Origin: an uncultured delta proteobacterium
GTDB lineage: Bacteria > Desulfobacterota > Syntrophobacteria > Syntrophobacterales > Syntrophobacteraceae
NCBI GenBank assembly: GCA_963808625.1
Contig: CAWEHK010000022.1
Span: 1 to 64,000, forward strand
Length of the DNA: 64,000 nucleotides
Direction of reading: 5' to 3'
Shown: piece by piece, positions 59,173 through 64,000 of the stretch
Layout of the letters: each line of letters begins with the position of its first letter
Numbering within the stretch: position 1 is the first letter of the stretch
Made by a program: the position numbers and the translations under genes
Notes under the pieces: model-generated
Databases searched by the model: none
Seen by the model: the letters and a program-made list of their open reading frames with translations, nothing else
What the model was told of the DNA's origin: nothing

Positions 59173-60862
59173 GATTTCCGCAACGATCGGATAGATCACC
59201 GGACGGCGGTCCAGCGTCTGGTTGAAGAAACGCTTCAGTTCACGTTTTATCTCACTTTGCAGTTCGGCACAGTCAATTTCAAAATCTTGTTCAAGCAGTC
59301 GGTCGAACACTTCAAAAACGAGGCCCTTCGCGGCATCAAGCACTTCCGCTTTACGCCGTTCGCGGATGAATCCTTTGCTGAGAACATCAGGCCCGCTCAA
59401 GATCTCTTTGGTCTCTCTGTTGATCACCAGGGAGACAATCACGAAACCGTCTTCCGAAAGGTGACGGCGGTCGCGCAGAACCAACCCACCCACATCACCC
59501 ACACCCTTTCCATCCACAAAGACCCGTCCCGTCTCCACATGTTCCTCAAGACGAACACTATTCGGGCGGAATGCGATGATCCTGCCATTCTCGGCCAAAA
59601 GGCAATGATCTGCGGGCATTCCCATGCTGATAGCAAGCTGCCGGTGTTTGGCCAGTTGGCGGAATTCGCCATGAATGGGAATAAAAAAGCGGGGCCGAAC
59701 GATGTTGATCATCGACTTCAATTCTTCGGTATAGGCATGGCCCGAGACATGGATATCGCGAACCTGCTCATAGATGACTTCAGCACCCAGGCGATAAAGG
59801 TGGTTGATGATGTTTTGAATGGTCCGCTCGTTTCCGGGAATGAACTTGGAGGAAAGGATAATGGTGTCCCCCGGCTTGACCTTGAGTTTCTTGTGGTCGT
59901 CAAAGGCCATCCTGTTCAGGGCGCTCTGGGGTTCTCCCTGGCTCCCCGTGGTGAGCAGCAAAACCTGGGGGTCGGGATAGCGGGGAAGTTCGTGCAGGGT
60001 GATTTCTTCTTGCGGGCCGAAATCCAGATATCCAAGTTCTCGCGCAATGCGCACATTGGCGAGCATCGATCTGCCGTTGAGGAGGACCTTGCGGTTGAAC
60101 TCCCGCGCCAGCTGGATAACCTGCTGGATGCGGTGCAAATGGCTGGCAAACACGGCCACAACGATCCGGCCGGTGCAGCCCTGAAAGATTTCTCTGAGGG
60201 TATTGCCGACATCCCTTTCGGAGAGGGTATAGCCTTGACGTTCGACGTTGGTGGAATCGGAAAAGAGGGCCAGCACCCCCTCTTCTCCATAGGCGCCGAA
60301 GCGCGCGAAATCGAAGCCTTTTCCATCGATGGGAGTGTGATCGATCTTAAAGTCGCCCGAATGGATCAAAATCCCCACCGGTGTGCGGATGGCAAGACCA
60401 ACTCCGTCCGGAATGCTGTGACAGACCTGGATGAATTCAACCTGGAAGGGGCCAATTGCAATGGTTTCACGGGCGGCAACCTGAATGAGCTCACAGCGTT
60501 CGAGGAGCGCATGTTCCTTCAGTTTCTCCCGGATAAGCGCCAGGGTCAGGGCCGTTCCGTAAAGCGGAATGGCAAACTCCCGCAGCAGAAAGGGGATGGC
60601 GCCGATATGGTCCTCGTGACCATGAGTGACGATCAGCGCCTTGAGACGGTCTCGCCGTTCCTGCAAATAAGTGAGGTCGGGGATGACAATGTCGATGCCC
60701 AGCATGTCGTCCTCTGGGGAACATGAGGCCGGCGTCGATAAGCACGGCCGTATCCTCGTATTCCAATACCATCATGTTCAGCCCGATTTCACCAAGGCCG
60801 CCCAGAGGGACCACTTTGAGAGCAGATGATTCAGGAGTTTCTAAATTCATGTGGGTATTCAT
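59170..60862 (-). CDS. rnj: Ribonuclease J (frameshift near 60715)
   Basis: PLGGLGEIGLN, THGHEDHIG, HSGDFK, HVSGH. Confidence 0.96.
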
Positions 60863-60863
60863 A

Positions 60864-61636
60864 TCAGGTATCAAGAGGGGGGTTCTGTTGTTGCCGGTTC
60901 TCGTTCAGACACGGGCCACGTTCTTCGGGAGTGAGATGCTGGCGAATGCTTTCTCGAACGGTGTGCATGAGCATGTCATTATCCTTTACGGTAAGGCCAG
61001 CGGTAGAAATAGGCTTGCCAATGGTCAACGTCAATGATCCCCGGTTGGATCATCCAGTCTCCTTCTTTCTGAAGAACGCGATGGGAGCCGCTGATCGCGA
61101 TAGGGACAATGGACTGCTGCGACTTGATCGCCAGGAGAAAGCCACCTTTCTTGAAGTCCCGTAACACCCCATCCGGGCTTCTCGTGCCTTCAGGGAAAAT
61201 GACGATGGAAGTCCCGTTCTTGACTCTCGAGGCAGCTTCGTTCAAGCTTTCCACCGCTTTCTTGCGATCACCGCGATCAATGGGAAGATACCCGGCAGCC
61301 CGCATGGCCGGCCCCAAAATGAAGACCTTGAAAAGTTCCACCTTCGCCAGCCAGCGGAACTGGACGCGCAGTTTTCCAATGAGGGTGAAAATGTCGAACC
61401 AGCCCTGATGGTTTGACAGAAAAACGTAGGGATGGCGGGGATCGAGGTTCTCGAATCCCGTCACACGCACTCTTACCCCCGCTGCCCACAGGTTCAGGTT
61501 GCCCCAGAACCTTCCGAGCAAGGTGGGCCCAATTGCTGTTGCGGGTGACAAAGGTGGTAAGAATCGCTATTGCCCCGAGAACAATGGTCGAAATGAAGAA
61601 CACCGGATAAAAGAATAATGAACGCACGATCTTCAC
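60864..61636 (-). CDS. plsC: 1-acyl-sn-glycerol-3-phosphate acyltransferase (frameshifted)
   Basis: NHQGWFD, FPEGTRS. Confidence 0.92.
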
Positions 61637-61964
61637 AGCGTTTCCTCAGAAACCATGACGAGGCTCTGGCTTAGGCAAGAATGCCCGGATTCTGCTTCCT
61701 CCCGGACGGATTCTCAGATGATGATAAATAACAATATGTTACTTTACACATATCGGGGCCAAGTGTAAACTTTCTAAAACTGCGAGTCAACCGAGCAATT
61801 CTTCTTCCTGGTCCTCCCGCCACCCCTCACCCGTCACCCCCCACCCTTCACCCAGCACTTCTTATAAACCTTGCTGCCTGTCCGTGAGTCATGGTATAGA
61901 GAGCCAGGTCGACAAGGGGTCCTTGAATTCACACGTCCTTCATATAGCAAGAGAAAGGAACCTT

Positions 61965-62435
61965 ATGGCTGGAACAATCAATAAGGTCATTCTGATTGGT
62001 CGCCTGGGGGCAGATCCGGATGTGCGCTACATGCCTGACGGAACACCAGTGGTAAATTTTAACATGGCAACCAATGAGCCGATTCGTTCGGCCGAGGGTA
62101 CCTGGGAAGAACGACGCAGAATGGCATCGCATCGTTGCCTGCAAAAAGCTCGCAGAAACCATGGCAAATCTTCTTAAGCAAGGGCAGGTTGGTCTATGTT
62201 GAAGGAAAACTGCAGACCCGGCAGTGGCAAGATTCACAGGGTGTGAAACGCTATACTACAGAAATCGTGGCTCGCGATATTCAGACTGATGGGCAGTGCC
62301 GGCACTAGACCCGGGCAATCCCCGACAGGTGAGAACTACATTAAAACCGGAGGGACGCTCCCCGCAGGCGGTCAGTCCAACATGGAGGAACTTCCCCCGC
62401 CGCCCGGTGGTCCGGAGGACGACATACCCTTCTAG
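61965..62435 (+). CDS. ssb: Single-stranded DNA-binding protein (frameshifted)
   Basis: [27 protein letters not shown]-terminal DDIPF. Confidence 0.95.
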
Positions 62436-62517
62436 GATGATGGCTCTGCGTAACGAAGAACCATCAACCATCAACCATCAACCAATCCTGTCCGTCCCGA
62501 AGGGCGATAACGCATCG

Positions 62518-62712
62518 TTATTCGGGATTGGACTTCTTTTCTTCAAGCTTTTCCGTTTTTTCCAAATCTAAGGGATCGCTGGTAGCCTTTTTGAAGTTTT
62601 TGATACCTTTACCAAGTCCGGCCCCAATTTCCGGAAGCTTACCCGCTCCAAAGATAATAAGTATAATAACCAAGATAACCAACAGCTCCGGCATGCCAAC
62701 TCCACCGATCAT
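62518..62712 (-). CDS. tatA: Twin-arginine translocase TatA
   Basis: GMPELLVIL...[19 protein letters not shown]. Confidence 0.95.
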   Translation of the reverse strand: MIGGVGMPELLVILVIILIIFGAGKLPEIGAGLGKGIKNFKKATSDPLDLEKTEKLEEKKSNPE

Positions 62713-62740
62713 AAACGCTCCTTGCACAGTAATCTAAAGA

Positions 62741-63142
62741 CTATTTCTTGAATAAATCTTCCACTTCCTGAAGCAGTTGCAGGAACTCCTTGGATTGCCT
62801 GTACTGGTCCAACCACCTCTGATGTTCGAGCCAGCTTTCCCAGACTTTCATCCAGGTGTCGTTGTGCCAATAGTATTTGGCTTTGCCCGGGTCCTTTTGA
62901 ATTCGCTCCCGGTACTCCTGGTACTCATCATAACAGTTCCTGCAAAAGGTGTAAGGCGTGGCGTATCGGGAGGACTCCTGCATTTCCGTCTCGAGTTGCG
63001 TCCCGCACTTGGCGCACTTCAGCATGCACCGCGTGCACTGGAAGATCTTCCTGAGGGCTTCAATCTTTCGCTGGCGAAGAACGGTATCCCGCGAAGATTT
63101 CAGGTCCTGACATTTCTTGTCAAACTCGAGAATCTCTGCCAT
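62741..63142 (-). CDS. Hypothetical Cys-rich (Zn-binding) protein
   Basis: CTRCMLKCAKC...CRNC. Confidence 0.8.
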   Translation of the reverse strand: MAEILEFDKKCQDLKSSRDTVLRQRKIEALRKIFQCTRCMLKCAKCGTQLETEMQESSRYATPYTFCRNCYDEYQEYRERIQKDPGKAKYYWHNDTWMKVWESWLEHQRWLDQYRQSKEFLQLLQEVEDLFKK

Positions 63143-63224
63143 GCCTCTAAATCCAGGTTATTTGTTTATATTTTTCAATATCTTAGTTGACACTTGTAAC
63201 ATCTGCGGAGCGATCCGTCAAGAA

Positions 63225-64000
63225 TCATGAATCGATCTCGTTCCCATCCGAGAGATTGAAGAGCTGTTGGGTATAATCGACGAATGACTGCTTGCTGTCT
63301 CGATCCGCTTTCTTCTTCAAAAAGAGGATGGGATCATGGAGCAATTTCTTGACAATCGATCCGGTAAGCACTTCGATGGCCTGGCGTTCTTTATCCGATA
63401 GCCCGGGAAGCTGCGAAAATGTTCTTTGAAGTTCACTGAATCGAATATTTTCCGCTTTCTCCCGCAGGGCGATAATGGTTGGGACGACGTCCAGGGTGTT
63501 GAGCCAGTTCTGAAACTTACTGATTTCTTCGCTGATAATATACTCAGCTTTTTCCGCTTCCCGCTTTCGGTCCTCCCGGTTGAGTTCGATGATCCCCTGA
63601 AGATCGTCGATATCGTAAACATAAACATTGTCAATGTCATTGATCTTGGCTTCCACATCACGCGGCACCGCGATATCGATGAAAAAAAGCGGCCGGTTGC
63701 GCCGTTCGCGCATTCGGGATTTCACATCGTGGTAGCGCAAAATGGGCTCGAGTGAGCCGGTAGAAGTCAAAACGATATCCATCGTCTTGATGCCGTCGAC
63801 GAGGTGCTCGAAGGGCATGGTATCGGCCCTGAAACGCCTGGCCAATTCAAACGCCCTTTCCGGAGTACGGTTGGCCACGGTCAATTGACGGACCCCTTGG
63901 GCGAGAAAATGCTCGGCTGCCAGCTCTGCCATCTCGCCGGCGCCGACGAGGAGCACCCGCTTGTCCTTGAGTTCCCCAAAAATCTTGCGCGCCAGTTCTA
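63225..64000 (-). CDS. hemA: Glutamyl-tRNA reductase (5' part outside the window)
   Basis: GAGEMA, NRT, DIAVPRD, KLLHDP. Confidence 0.96.
   Translation of the reverse strand, partial: ELARKIFGELKDKRVLLVGAGEMAELAAEHFLAQGVRQLTVANRTPERAFELARRFRADTMPFEHLVDGIKTMDIVLTSTGSLEPILRYHDVKSRMRERRNRPLFFIDIAVPRDVEAKINDIDNVYVYDIDDLQGIIELNREDRKREAEKAEYIISEEISKFQNWLNTLDVVPTIIALREKAENIRFSELQRTFSQLPGLSDKERQAIEVLTGSIVKKLLHDPILFLKKKADRDSKQSFVDYTQQLFNLSDGNEIDS

Noticed and set aside
26681..62483. Heptamer arrays as CRISPR
   Set aside because: 7-bp tandem units with no unique spacers and no cas genes.

Overview
Chromosomal window from an anaerobic deltaproteobacterium. The gene content (Rex, AhbAB, AOR/ADH, rng-hemL-atp order) suggests a Desulfobacterota/Syntrophobacter-like organism; this is inference. 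It opens with the 3' part of an rRNA operon (23S, 5S). About 10 kb of accessory, mostly secreted-protein genes follow, ending at a second, diverged copy of the 23S 3' end plus 5S. That copy begins exactly at the sarcin-ricin loop, so the cargo is bracketed by rRNA-derived direct repeats. Further accessory DNA carries a truncated PAS protein, an ISKra4 remnant, a LamG/TSP3 protein and a GC-rich four-gene XPB-helicase operon. The remainder is largely core genome: slyD, ahbAB, an ADP-ribosylglycohydrolase, a C1 peptidase, a probable UGA-readthrough (selenocysteine) DUF1573 lipoprotein, an ErcA-like/HK/sigma54 regulator-ADH-AOR-MoaD alcohol oxidation locus, radical SAM, rng, hemL, Fo ATP synthase genes, rex, a short uvrA, pdxA, a vapBC/DUF433 islet, lolA, ftsK, rnj, plsC, ssb, tatA and hemA. 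Many genes, including essential ones, carry single-base frameshifts, most likely long-read indel errors, so pseudogene calls are uncertain. Intergenic regions are rich in heptamer arrays, REP-like hairpins and nested MITE-like elements. All family assignments are by motif recognition; no searches were run.
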